IMG/VR virus record: IMGVR_UViG_3300008108_000011
Coordinates: 128,733-192,732 of that record
Direction: 5' to 3' (one strand)
DNA: 64,000 bases
DNA from: a virus
Under the pieces are notes generated by a model, which was not told the DNA's origin, ran no database searches, and saw nothing but the letters and a program-made list of their open reading frames with translations. The translations under genes and the position numbers were made by a program. Shown piece after piece: positions 29,551 through 39,247 of this stretch (its first letter is position 1; each line of letters starts with the position of its first letter).

Positions 29551-31028
29551 TGACGAATCTTGTCGTAGCAAAGAAGAATAACATCTTCTTAACAATTAAA
29601 GCGGAACCACACGTTCACTATGAACTTGCAGACTATTTCACATTCGATATCCCCAACGCCAAGTTTATGCCCCAATATAGAAGTGGCGTCTGGGATGGTA
29701 AGATACGACTTTATTCACCAGGAACAGGCGAGCTCTATTGTGGTCTCATCACACACCTCAAAGAGTGGAGCGGTATCAAAGGTTATTCAATTGAATACCA
29801 AGGTAACAAGTTCTATGGAGACGTAGAAGAAAAAAATGATCAGATTACGTTAGAAGGTGTCAGGGGATTTATGGCGGCTGTGTGTCCGAATCATAACCCA
29901 AGAGATTATCAAGTGCAAGCAGTATATGAGGCACTTCTAAATAACCGCAGGTTACTTTTGTCTCCTACTGCATCAGGTAAATCCCTGATGATTTACTCTT
30001 TGGTTAGGTATTACTATGCCTCAGAATACAAAAAGACGGGCAAGAAGACGCTCATTATTGTTCCTACCACTTCGTTGGTTGAGCAAATGTATAATGATTT
30101 TGCCGACTATGGCTGGGATGTTGATAGCTATTGTCATAGAATATATGGTGGAAAAGATAAGAACGTAGAGAAAGCAGTTATCATTTCTACTTGGCAATCT
30201 ATCTACAAGTTTCCTAAGCGTTGGTTTGATGACTTCTCCTGTGTCATCGGTGACGAGGCACACCTATTCAAATCTAAATCTCTTACTGGCATCATGACTA
30301 AGTTGCATGAAGCTAAGTATCGTTTTGGTTTCACTGGCACACTTGATGGATCTGCTACTCATAAGTGGGTGCTGGAAGGATTGTTTGGTGAATGTAAGCA
30401 TGTTACCAAGACAGAAAAACTTATCAAAGAAGGTCACCTATCTGATTTCAGAATCAAAGTTCTTTTGCTGAAGCATGAGAGAATGGAGTTCTTTGATTAT
30501 CAAGGAGAGATTGATGCGATTGTAGATAATCCAAAACGCAATAGGTTGATTAAAAATCTTGTGCGTGACTTAGAAGGAAACTCTCTGGTTCTCTTCAACT
30601 ATGTTGAGCGTCACGGGATGCCACTTTACGAGGCGATAAATAGTGTTGTTGAAGAAGGTCGTAAAGTTTTTCTTGTCTATGGTGGTGTAGACACTGAAGA
30701 ACGCGAAGAGATTAGACGCATCACTGAAACTGAAAACAACGCAGTGATTGTTGCTTCATACGGAACATTCAGCACTGGCATCAACATTCGTAATCTACAC
30801 AATGTTGTATTTGCTTCACCTTCAAAATCAAGAGTAAGAAACTTACAGTCTATCGGTCGTGTGTTGCGTAAGGGCAACAACAAAACTTATGCAACTCTTT
30901 ATGATATTGCAGATGAGTATTGCAGAACACCACAGAAAAATTACACGCTGAAACATTTAGATGAGCGTTTGAAAATTTATGAAGAAGAAAAGTTTAATGT
31001 AGAAATCATCAAACTCGATTTAAAATGA
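29550..31028 (+). CDS. uvsW: SF2 helicase UvsW
   Basis: SPTASGKS, DEAH, GFTGT, ASYGTFSTGINI and QSIGRVLR motifs. Confidence 0.97.
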   Translation: MTNLVVAKKNNIFLTIKAEPHVHYELADYFTFDIPNAKFMPQYRSGVWDGKIRLYSPGTGELYCGLITHLKEWSGIKGYSIEYQGNKFYGDVEEKNDQITLEGVRGFMAAVCPNHNPRDYQVQAVYEALLNNRRLLLSPTASGKSLMIYSLVRYYYASEYKKTGKKTLIIVPTTSLVEQMYNDFADYGWDVDSYCHRIYGGKDKNVEKAVIISTWQSIYKFPKRWFDDFSCVIGDEAHLFKSKSLTGIMTKLHEAKYRFGFTGTLDGSATHKWVLEGLFGECKHVTKTEKLIKEGHLSDFRIKVLLLKHERMEFFDYQGEIDAIVDNPKRNRLIKNLVRDLEGNSLVLFNYVERHGMPLYEAINSVVEEGRKVFLVYGGVDTEEREEIRRITETENNAVIVASYGTFSTGINIRNLHNVVFASPSKSRVRNLQSIGRVLRKGNNKTYATLYDIADEYCRTPQKNYTLKHLDERLKIYEEEKFNVEIIKLDLK

Positions 31029-31029
31029 T

Positions 31030-31449
31030 ATGGAAGAAGAATTTTATGCAACTATTAAATTAACTTCAGGTGAAGAGATTGTAGCTAAAGTTAGTTACGA
31101 TCCAGATGATGATGTAGTAGTGGTTTTAGAACCAAGATTAATTGAAAAAGTAGAACAAAAAAAAGGCAATGCAATTATAGAAGGTATTGTTTTTGATGAT
31201 TGGATTAATGCAACTTATGAAAATATGTTTGTTATTCCCCGTAATCAAATTATTACAATGATTGAACTTGACGAACGCATAGTTTCTTTCTATGAAGATC
31301 ATCTAGAAGATAAAACAAAATATAAAAAAAGAAGATTCGAAGAAAAAAAATCTGATACAAAAAGACAAAACCCTAGAAACCATGAAGGTTATCTAGGATC
31401 TATTAAAGAAGCTAAGAAGTTATTAGAAGAGATATATAATAAATCTTGA
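31030..31449 (+). CDS. Conserved hypothetical protein, Sm-like fold suspected
   Basis: YATIKLTSGEEIVAKV N-terminus; occupies the usual slot between uvsW and gp55. Confidence 0.65.
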   Translation: MEEEFYATIKLTSGEEIVAKVSYDPDDDVVVVLEPRLIEKVEQKKGNAIIEGIVFDDWINATYENMFVIPRNQIITMIELDERIVSFYEDHLEDKTKYKKRRFEEKKSDTKRQNPRNHEGYLGSIKEAKKLLEEIYNKS

Positions 31450-31464
31450 AAGCGCCACATTGCT

Positions 31465-31493
31465 ATTATATACTCTTTTGAAGGTTGTGTCAA
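31465..31493 (-). promoter_or_regulatory. Antisense sigma70-type promoter TTGACA-N17-TATAAT
   Basis: The + strand reads ATTATA (31465-31470) ... TGTCAA (31488-31493), which is a perfect consensus on the - strand. Confidence 0.7.
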
Positions 31494-31498
31494 GCCCC

Positions 31499-31527
31499 TT
31501 TACAAAATCTGTTGAGTGTGTTACAAT
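31499..31527 (+). promoter_or_regulatory. Sigma70-type promoter TTTACA-N17-TACAAT for gp55
   Basis: Near-consensus hexamers with 17-nt spacing upstream of gp55. Confidence 0.7.
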
Positions 31528-31571
31528 ACACACACCAATGATTATAAACCATGTTAACTGTCGAAAAACCG

Positions 31572-32066
31572 ATGGGTAGAAGAACCACAAAAGAAAACTA
31601 CGTGAACAACCGCGAGTTTCTCGATGCCCTGATGGTGTATCGACAGCAGGTTGCTGCTGCAAAAGAATCAGGTTCACCCAAACCTAAAGTTCCCAATTAT
31701 ATTGGGGAGTGCTTTCTTAAGATTGCTACACACTTATCATACAAACCTAACTTCGTCAACTATATGTTTAGGGATGATATGATTTGTGATGGTATTGAAA
31801 ATTGTCTGCAGTATATCGACAACTTCAATCCAGAAAAGTCTACTAATCCATTTGCTTATTTTACTCAGATTATCTACTACGCTTTTCTTCGTAGGATTCA
31901 ACGAGAAAAGAAGCAACTCGAAATCAAATCCAAGATTCTTGAAAGGTCAGGATATGATGAAGTTTTGCATACAGACAGTTACAGTGGTGATATGATTGGG
32001 TATAATAGCAGCAGTGCTGATATGAATAGCATCAAAGAAAACCTTGAGATCCGATCCAAACGATGA
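31572..32066 (+). CDS. gp55: Late-transcription sigma factor gp55
   Basis: NYVNNREF, YIGECFLKIA, FVNY, DGIENC and NPFAYFTQI motifs; start probably at the second Met. Confidence 0.95.
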   Translation: MGRRTTKENYVNNREFLDALMVYRQQVAAAKESGSPKPKVPNYIGECFLKIATHLSYKPNFVNYMFRDDMICDGIENCLQYIDNFNPEKSTNPFAYFTQIIYYAFLRRIQREKKQLEIKSKILERSGYDEVLHTDSYSGDMIGYNSSSADMNSIKENLEIRSKR

Positions 32067-33112
32067 CCGTAGCTCTTATTACTGACCAACATCTAGACGG
32101 GAGAAAAGGTAGTGTTGCGTTTTGGGAATACTTCAAAAAATTCTACGACGACATCTTCTTCCCAACACTGGAGAGACATGGAATCAAGACTGTTATTGAC
32201 CTCGGTGATACATTTGATAATCGTAAGGGGATTGATTTCAATGTTTGGAATCGTGTGCGTAGTTATTATTTTCAACGTCTTGAAGATATGGGTATCTTCG
32301 TTCATATGATTCTTGGCAATCACTGCACCTATTACAAGAATACGAACGAGATTAACTCACCAGAACTTCTACTGAAAGATTTTAGCAACATCGAAATCTA
32401 TTCTCGCCCAGAGACAGTAATGATTGATGGTGCTAAGATTCTGATGTTGCCATGGATTAACTCTTCTAACTACGAAGAGACAATGCGTTGGATTAATGAT
32501 ACCAGTGCTGAGATTGCTATGGGTCACCTTGAACTATCTGGTTTTGAAGTGACTCCTGGCAATAAACAAGAGCACGGTATGGATCCCTCTATCTTCAAAA
32601 AGTTCAAGCAAGTATTTTCAGGTCATTACCACCACAAATCATCCAGAGGAAACATCACCTATCTGGGCAATCCTTACCAGATGTTCTGGAATGATTATAA
32701 AGACGAGCGAGGATTCCACCTTTATGAACCGACAACAAATAAACTCAAGCGGGTCAAGAACCCTTATGAGATTTTCCAGAAAATCTATTACAATGATTCT
32801 ACTGGTTCTCATCTCAGCTTCAATACCTCTGAGTGTGCAAATTCTTTTGTCAAGATTATCGTAGAAGATAAGAAAGACTATACCGAGTTTGAAAAATTTG
32901 TAGACTCTGTGTTTGCAACTCAACCACATGATGTAAAGATTATTGAAACTCTTGTCAACGATGCGTTTGTTGAAGATGATGAGAATGTAGAAATTAAAGA
33001 TACTCTTACACTTCTTAACGAATATATTGACGAGGTAGAGATTGCCGTAGACAAAGCAAAGTTAAAGAGTATAATGAAATCACTATATATTGAGAGTTGT
33101 GAGGTAGTATAA
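32063..33112 (+). CDS. gp47: Recombination endonuclease subunit gp47 (Mre11/SbcD-like)
   Basis: ITDQH, DLGDTFD, GNH and SGHYH metallophosphoesterase motifs. Confidence 0.96.
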   Translation: MTVALITDQHLDGRKGSVAFWEYFKKFYDDIFFPTLERHGIKTVIDLGDTFDNRKGIDFNVWNRVRSYYFQRLEDMGIFVHMILGNHCTYYKNTNEINSPELLLKDFSNIEIYSRPETVMIDGAKILMLPWINSSNYEETMRWINDTSAEIAMGHLELSGFEVTPGNKQEHGMDPSIFKKFKQVFSGHYHHKSSRGNITYLGNPYQMFWNDYKDERGFHLYEPTTNKLKRVKNPYEIFQKIYYNDSTGSHLSFNTSECANSFVKIIVEDKKDYTEFEKFVDSVFATQPHDVKIIETLVNDAFVEDDENVEIKDTLTLLNEYIDEVEIAVDKAKLKSIMKSLYIESCEVV

Positions 33113-33399
33113 TGTATCTTATCACCCTTGCCGAACATACTGATGGTGTTTATTCGGTTGTTGACGAGGAGGGTGATCATGTGATATACTTTTTCCGAGA
33201 TGAAGATGATGCTGAAAGATATCTTGGTTTACTTGAAGCAAACGATGATGATGATGCACTTCCCCCCTTAACAACTCACGAAATTGATATCAAAGCAGGT
33301 ATTGGTATGTGTGAATTGCGAGGTATGAAATACCTCATCGTTGAACCTGACGACATTATTGTTCCCCCTAGAACTTATGATAATTTTCAAGACGATTAA
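33112..33399 (+). CDS. Small acidic hypothetical protein
   Basis: Coupled ORF between gp47 and gp46. Confidence 0.7.
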   Translation: MYLITLAEHTDGVYSVVDEEGDHVIYFFRDEDDAERYLGLLEANDDDDALPPLTTHEIDIKAGIGMCELRGMKYLIVEPDDIIVPPRTYDNFQDD

Positions 33400-35101
33400 A
33401 TGGAAAAACTTTCTTTCTACTGGTGCTCAGTTTACCGAGATTTCACTGACTGATAGAAAGAGTAGTTTGATTGTGGGAACTAATGGTGCTGGAAAATCAA
33501 CCATTCTGGATGCTCTCACCTTCTCTTTATTTGGTAAACCATTTCGTAAGATTAATAAGCCACAACTTCTTAATTCTATCAATCAGTCTGATTGTGTTGT
33601 AGAAGTTAATTTTGATATTGGTAATAATAAATACAAAGTGATTCGTGGCATTAAACCAAACAAGTTTGAAATCTATCAGAATGGTGCGCTACTTAACCAA
33701 GATTCATCCGCTGTAGATCAGCAGAAACATTTTGAGCAAACGATTCTGAAGATGAATTATAAATCGTTTACTCAAATTGTTGTGCTTGGGTCATCGACCT
33801 TTGTGCCATTTATGCGTCTTCCATTGGCAGCTCGTAGAGAAATCATCGAAGACATTCTTGACATTCAGATCTTCTCAACTATGAATGTCAATTTGAAAGA
33901 AAAAATTAAGGTAATTAATGAAGAACTGAAAGACCACGAATATAAACTGTCTCTCGTTAAAGAGAAGATTGACATGCAGAAGCAGTTTATGCTTGATATT
34001 GAAAAAAAGAATAAAGAAGATATCCAAGAAAAAGAGAATAAGAAAGAATCTTTGTTAACAGAATCTCTAAATTATGAGACAGAAATCCTCCATAACGACA
34101 AGGAAATCGACACTAAGACCGCTGCCGTTTCAGACACGCAGACTCTTAAAGCAACGATCACTAAGGTTAATACGCTCAGCAACAAAATATCATCCAAACA
34201 AAAAACATATAATAAAGAAAAAATATTCTTTGAGCAGAATGATACATGCCCGACCTGTGGGCAGAACATTGAGGAGCATTTTAAACAAGAGAAGATCCAA
34301 GTTCTCTCGGATAAACTTGTTGAGGTGGAGAAAGCTATGTCTGATTTGGGACAACAACTTTCCGATCTCCAAAGTAAAGAGAATACCTTTATTCTTTTGA
34401 TTGATGAAATTAACGAACTCAATCTAAAGAATCGACAACTCAATAATGAAATTAAGTCACTTCATAGAAGAATTGAAGAGCTGGACGACGACATCAGAAA
34501 ACTGCGGAATTCAGATGTCAATCAACGGGAACAGTTTTCAATACTTAAATCCCTCAGCGAAGACGGGAAGCGAATCCAAACAACGATTTCTGAAACAAAA
34601 GAAGAAAAAGACTGCTTACTCACAGCGGCGCAACTTCTTAAAGACTCGGGCATCAAAACGAGGATCATCAAAAAATACCTCCCGACGATGAACAAACTTA
34701 TCAATGACTATCTTGATAAGATGGAATTTCCAGCATCGTTTATGCTCAACGAAAGTTTTGAAGAAGTAATTAAATCACGTTATAGGGATGAATTTAGTTA
34801 TGAATCTTTTTCTGAAGGCGAAAAGGCTAGAATCGATATTGCTTTGCTGCTTACTTGGCGTAGCATTGCTAAACTTAAGAATAGCGTGGATACTAATCTT
34901 TTGATTCTTGATGAGATCTTTGACGGGTCACTTGATCAATCTGGTAACAGCGACCTCGGATGGATTCTAAAAACCTTTGATGACAAAACGAATGTGTTTG
35001 TTATCTCCCACCGTGATAATATGGCAGACAAGTTTGACCGCTGCCTACGATTTGAGAAACATAAGAACTTCTCATACGTCACAGACGAAACATCAGAATA
35101 A
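33377..35101 (+). CDS. gp46: Recombination endonuclease subunit gp46 (Rad50/SbcC-like ATPase)
   Basis: GTNGAGKST, zinc hook CPTC, signature FSEGE and LILDEIFD; start probably the ATG at 33377. Confidence 0.96.
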   Translation: MIIFKTIKWKNFLSTGAQFTEISLTDRKSSLIVGTNGAGKSTILDALTFSLFGKPFRKINKPQLLNSINQSDCVVEVNFDIGNNKYKVIRGIKPNKFEIYQNGALLNQDSSAVDQQKHFEQTILKMNYKSFTQIVVLGSSTFVPFMRLPLAARREIIEDILDIQIFSTMNVNLKEKIKVINEELKDHEYKLSLVKEKIDMQKQFMLDIEKKNKEDIQEKENKKESLLTESLNYETEILHNDKEIDTKTAAVSDTQTLKATITKVNTLSNKISSKQKTYNKEKIFFEQNDTCPTCGQNIEEHFKQEKIQVLSDKLVEVEKAMSDLGQQLSDLQSKENTFILLIDEINELNLKNRQLNNEIKSLHRRIEELDDDIRKLRNSDVNQREQFSILKSLSEDGKRIQTTISETKEEKDCLLTAAQLLKDSGIKTRIIKKYLPTMNKLINDYLDKMEFPASFMLNESFEEVIKSRYRDEFSYESFSEGEKARIDIALLLTWRSIAKLKNSVDTNLLILDEIFDGSLDQSGNSDLGWILKTFDDKTNVFVISHRDNMADKFDRCLRFEKHKNFSYVTDETSE

Positions 35102-35108
35102 CTTAACA

Positions 35109-35141
35109 GGGGTTGCTGCGGCACCCCTTTCGTCGTATAGT
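35109..35141 (+). promoter_or_regulatory. Hairpin plus sigma70-type promoter (TTGCTG-N17-TATAGT)
   Basis: GGGGTTGC-TGCG-GCACCCC hairpin containing the -35 box; -10 box at 35136-35141. Confidence 0.55.
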
Positions 35142-35164
35142 AGGTTCATCAACGAAAGAGACCG

Positions 35165-37243
35165 ATGTTCAACGCCGAAGTCAAGGGCAATCTCGCTCGC
35201 CTGCTCGCTACTGAGAATCTGATTGTTGAGCATCGCCCTGTAGAGACGGCGATGTTCAACGTGAAAGACCGTATTCTTACCTTGCCGATGTGGGAGAAAG
35301 CATCCGCTAACGTATACGATATGCTCGTGGGGCATGAAGTCGGTCACGCTCTATATACCCCTGACAAGTGGGGTGATGACTATGGCATTCCTCAGTCGTA
35401 TCTGAATGTCTGCGGATATCGTGAGTTGCATGATGAAGATTTCTTCTGCATCGGTGATCGTAGCCTTGATTCGTATGCTTTGATTGACCGTGTGAATCTT
35501 TTCTTCAAAGTTGGTATTCATGCTGGAGAAATCTTTGAGTGGAATATCGAAGAGAAAACAATCATCGATGAACTTGCTGATGCTGAAACCTTTGAGCAAG
35601 TTGTAGATGTTGCCCGCAAGATTCTTGCATACACTGAGCAACAGGAGCAACAGCAGGTTGTTGAAGCGCAAGGCGACCTTCAGCAATCTACTCAAGGTGG
35701 GGGTGATTCCACTCAAGGTGGGGGTGAACCTACCGATGGTGATGGTAATCAACCTCAGCAAACTTCTGGTGACGGCAACCAAACTAAGGGTGCTGATTCC
35801 AATCAACCCAATGAGCAAGGTGAAGGTGCTACCAATGGTGGTGGTCAAACGAATACGCTTGAGTCTGAAACTGACAAGGCATTCACTGAGAATCAGAAAC
35901 AACTGATTAGCGATTATCCTCGTGCTAATCATCTGAACTATATTGAGTTGCCTGACATTAAAGTAGAAAACTTTGTTATTACGAACAAAGAAGTGATGGA
36001 AGATTGTAACACCTGTTTCGGTGAGCAGTCTCAAAAACTTTTTGCTGAAGTTGACAAACAGTATCTGACTTTCCGTGCGGAAGCTCAACGTGAGGTTAAC
36101 TACCTTGTGAAAGAGTTTGAGATGCGTAAGTCAGCCGATCAGTATGCTCGTGCTAGCACTGCTAAAACTGGCGTTCTTGACACAGCACTTCTTCACACCT
36201 ACAAGTGGAATGAAGATGTATTCAAGAAAATCAATGTGGTGCCTGACGGTAAGAATCACGGTCTGATTTTCATTCTCGATTGGTCTGGATCTATGGGTGG
36301 TATCTTACAAGATACTGCTAAGCAACTGCTGAACCTCGCATGGTTCTGTAAAAAAGTGCAGATTCCTTTTGACATCTATGCTTTCACCAACGACTATTGG
36401 TATCACAAATCCTACGATTATTCTTCTGGCACTCGCACTAAACCACAGAAGATTCAAACTCCCAAAGCAGGTCAAGTGCAAATGTGTGAGCACTTCCGTC
36501 TGCTAAATCTTGTCAGCAGCAATGGTCGTAACGGCAAAGATCTTGAAGCACAACTGAAAAACTTCTGGCGTCTTGTTACTGGTGAGAGTGGTTACTCTGG
36601 ATACTCTATGCCCGCTGGGTATGGTCTGTCTGGCACTCCTCTTCATGAAGCTGCTATTTCTCTGACTGCACTTATTCCCGACTTCCAGAAGCGCAACAAA
36701 GTTCAAAAGACTAATGTTATTATTCTGACTGACGGTGAATCTGCCAGCATCAACTATTACACTGATCAAAAGTATGGTAGTCGTATGGGAACACAATATG
36801 TAACCAATGATTGTGTTCTGCGTGATCGCAAGACTGGTCGTGTGTATCCTCGTTTTGACAATGGTGGATACTATGGCAACTCAGATCTTATCACTAAAGT
36901 GTTTCTTCAAAATGTTCGTGATCGCTTCCCTGATGTAAACCTGATTGGTATTCGTCTGGTGAATGGTCGTGGTCTTAACACCACTTACAATGCTGAAGAT
37001 TGTAAAACGGATTGGAATGAAGTTCAGAAGCAGTGGAAAAAATCTAAGTCTGCTGAACTGGTTGAGCATCTTGGTTATCAGGCATTGTATCTGATGGGAA
37101 CTGATTCCCTCGCTGTCAATAGTGAGTTTGATGTTGAAGAAGATGCTACTGAGAAAGAAATCGGCAAAGCATTTACTAAAGCACTCGCCAAGAAAGGTGT
37201 CAACAAAAAAATGCTTACATCTTTTGCCACGTTGATTTCATGA
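35165..37243 (+). CDS. Metallopeptidase-like (HExxH) plus VWA-domain protein (CobT-like partner of a MoxR AAA+)
   Basis: GHEVGH zincin motif, low-complexity Q/G/D linker, MIDAS DWSGS, GTPL and LTDG motifs. Confidence 0.8.
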   Translation: MFNAEVKGNLARLLATENLIVEHRPVETAMFNVKDRILTLPMWEKASANVYDMLVGHEVGHALYTPDKWGDDYGIPQSYLNVCGYRELHDEDFFCIGDRSLDSYALIDRVNLFFKVGIHAGEIFEWNIEEKTIIDELADAETFEQVVDVARKILAYTEQQEQQQVVEAQGDLQQSTQGGGDSTQGGGEPTDGDGNQPQQTSGDGNQTKGADSNQPNEQGEGATNGGGQTNTLESETDKAFTENQKQLISDYPRANHLNYIELPDIKVENFVITNKEVMEDCNTCFGEQSQKLFAEVDKQYLTFRAEAQREVNYLVKEFEMRKSADQYARASTAKTGVLDTALLHTYKWNEDVFKKINVVPDGKNHGLIFILDWSGSMGGILQDTAKQLLNLAWFCKKVQIPFDIYAFTNDYWYHKSYDYSSGTRTKPQKIQTPKAGQVQMCEHFRLLNLVSSNGRNGKDLEAQLKNFWRLVTGESGYSGYSMPAGYGLSGTPLHEAAISLTALIPDFQKRNKVQKTNVIILTDGESASINYYTDQKYGSRMGTQYVTNDCVLRDRKTGRVYPRFDNGGYYGNSDLITKVFLQNVRDRFPDVNLIGIRLVNGRGLNTTYNAEDCKTDWNEVQKQWKKSKSAELVEHLGYQALYLMGTDSLAVNSEFDVEEDATEKEIGKAFTKALAKKGVNKKMLTSFATLIS
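35690..35727 (+). repeat. Short direct repeat ACTCAAGGTGGGGGTGA x2 (21-nt period) in the linker
   Basis: Copies at 35690-35706 and 35711-35727 encode TQGGG twice. Confidence 0.8.
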
Positions 37244-37893
37244 ATAGTAATTTTGAAAAAAACGGCTTTCTTGTAGTTCGTAATTATCTAGATCAAATTG
37301 GTTTAGATATTAACGTTCTACAAGAATATTTTTATTTGAAAGGATTAACAACGAAAGTCAAAGATGATCCTCAAACACCAGGATCTGTAAACTATTATTC
37401 TGATTTATTAACAGAAACTATTCTGAAAATATCTAAATCAAAATTTGAAAAATTCACGGGATATAATTTATTGCCAACTTATAGTTTTTCTAGACTTTAT
37501 TTGAAGGGAAATAAATTAACAAAACATACAGATAGAATGTCGGCTGAAATATCTGGAACTCTATGCATTGATTATTCTGGCGAACATCATTCTGAAATTT
37601 ATATGTCTCCAACAGATAAAGAAAGTGATGCAACTAAAGTAATATTAAATCCAGGAGATCTTTGTGTTTATAATGGAATTAAAATGTGGCATTGGAGAGA
37701 CCGAGTAAAAAATGATTGGTTGCTGCATACTTTCCTTCATTATGTCAATGCAGATGGAGATAAAAAACATTTAGTTTACGATCAAAGATCATACTTAGGA
37801 ATGCCATCTATTAATGATAAACAATTTAATCAGGGGCACGTATCAAATTATTTTAAGTCATACATAAGCAACGCTTATCGACAACTCCCTTGA
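37240..37893 (+). CDS. 2OG-Fe(II) oxygenase
   Basis: PTYSFSRLY, KHTDR (HxD), GDLCVYNG..MWHWR and FLHYV motifs; visibly more AT-rich than its neighbours. Confidence 0.8.
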   Translation: MNSNFEKNGFLVVRNYLDQIGLDINVLQEYFYLKGLTTKVKDDPQTPGSVNYYSDLLTETILKISKSKFEKFTGYNLLPTYSFSRLYLKGNKLTKHTDRMSAEISGTLCIDYSGEHHSEIYMSPTDKESDATKVILNPGDLCVYNGIKMWHWRDRVKNDWLLHTFLHYVNADGDKKHLVYDQRSYLGMPSINDKQFNQGHVSNYFKSYISNAYRQLP

Positions 37894-37918
37894 CCTCTCA
37901 CCTCTCTTGCCCTATAAT
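37890..37918 (+). promoter_or_regulatory. Sigma70-type promoter TTGACC-N17-TATAAT
   Basis: Near-perfect consensus immediately upstream of the AAA+ gene. Confidence 0.8.
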
Positions 37919-37944
37919 ATCTACATACCAAACAACCCCACACC

Positions 37945-39039
37945 ATGAAAAACTTTGAAGTCGCCCCCATGATTGACCGCTTCGGCGCTGTGGTGACCGC
38001 TGCTGATGTTCGTGCCTATGCCGATGAGGTTGGTATTTCTTATCAGACTCTCACTAAGAAACTGGAGCAGTTTAAGGTGCAGCGTGGCATGTGGCATCTG
38101 ACTGCTGCTGAGCAACTGGAGCAAACTTATAATCAACCCGCTGTGGAACCTGTGGCAGAAAACCCTGAAAACTTTATTCCTGCGAAAGATGCTTCCTTCG
38201 TCAGCTTTGGTAACTTTAGTGATATTAAGAAGATTGTTTCTTCTCGCCAGTATTATCCTATCTTCATCACTGGTCTCTCTGGCAACGGTAAAACTTTCAG
38301 TGTTGAGCAAGCTTGTGCTCAACTGAAGCGTGAACTGATTCGTGTCAACATCACCATTGAAACCGACGAGGATGACCTGATTGGTGGTTTCCGTCTCGTC
38401 AACGGTGAGACGGTGTGGCATGACGGTCCTGTAGTGCAGGCACTGAATCGCGGTGCTATTCTGCTGCTTGACGAGATTGACCTTGCCTCTAACAAAATCC
38501 TCTGCCTGCAATCGGTGCTTGAGGGTAAGGGCGTCTTCCTTAAGAAGATCGGCAAGTATGTCAAACCCGCTGCTGGTTTCAACGTTGTTGCTACTGCCAA
38601 CACTAAAGGTAAGGGTAGCGATGACGGTCGCTTCATCGGCACCAACGTGCTCAACGAAGCATTCCTTGAGCGTTTCCCTGTGACCTTTGAGCAGGCATAT
38701 CCTACTCCTAAGGTTGAAACTGCTATTCTCAAGAAAGCTTCTGAGTCTCTCAACTGCTACGATGAAGAGTTTGTGGGTCGTCTGGTTGCATGGGCAGAAA
38801 TCATTCGTAAGACTTTCTACGATGGTGGTGTTGATGAAATCATTTCTACTCGTCGCCTAGTGCATGTTATTCGTGCCTTCAGCATCTTCGGCAAGCGTAA
38901 GAAAGCAATCGAAGTGTGTATTGCTCGTTTCGATGATGAGACTAAGCAATCCTTCATGGAACTCTATACTAAGATTGATGCTTCCATTGATGCTCAAACT
39001 GAAACTACTCAGCCTGAACTGACTGTTGAAACTCTCTGA
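37945..39039 (+). CDS. MoxR/CobS-like AAA+ ATPase
   Basis: GLSGNGKT, LLLDEID, ATAN and NEAFLERF motifs; usually annotated cobS in cyanophages. Confidence 0.9.
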   Translation: MKNFEVAPMIDRFGAVVTAADVRAYADEVGISYQTLTKKLEQFKVQRGMWHLTAAEQLEQTYNQPAVEPVAENPENFIPAKDASFVSFGNFSDIKKIVSSRQYYPIFITGLSGNGKTFSVEQACAQLKRELIRVNITIETDEDDLIGGFRLVNGETVWHDGPVVQALNRGAILLLDEIDLASNKILCLQSVLEGKGVFLKKIGKYVKPAAGFNVVATANTKGKGSDDGRFIGTNVLNEAFLERFPVTFEQAYPTPKVETAILKKASESLNCYDEEFVGRLVAWAEIIRKTFYDGGVDEIISTRRLVHVIRAFSIFGKRKKAIEVCIARFDDETKQSFMELYTKIDASIDAQTETTQPELTVETL

Positions 39040-39245
39040 TGTTTGATAATCTCTCTCGCCACACCCTCATCCAACTTAAAGATGGGGGTGTTTTTTCAAT
39101 TAAATGTAAAGTCATGGAATATCACAGTGGTAAAGATATTCCATGTTACTTGGGAATAAAATATCCGACTGGCATCGTGGGTGTTGACTCTTTTACTTCA
39201 AGATGCTATACTAACCAAATAGATTCTATTATCAAGGAAATCTAA
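39039..39245 (+). CDS. Hypothetical protein (68 aa)
   Basis: TGATG-coupled ORF. Confidence 0.55.
   Translation: MFDNLSRHTLIQLKDGGVFSIKCKVMEYHSGKDIPCYLGIKYPTGIVGVDSFTSRCYTNQIDSIIKEI
39184..39212 (+). promoter_or_regulatory. Sigma70-type promoter TTGACT-N17-TATACT
   Basis: Internal to the 68-aa ORF; upstream of 39248 and gp45. Confidence 0.7.
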
Positions 39246-39247
39246 CT

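Noticed and set aside
35351-36088. 245-aa ORF on the - strand
   Set aside because: It is a shadow of the peptidase-VWA gene with no recognisable features.
37921-38753. 196-aa and 144-aa ORFs on the - strand
   Set aside because: They are antisense shadows of the AAA+ ATPase.
37945-39039. Cobalamin-biosynthesis auxiliary gene (cobS)
   Set aside because: No cobN or other cob genes are present; the motifs only support a generic MoxR-type AAA+ ATPase with a VWA partner.
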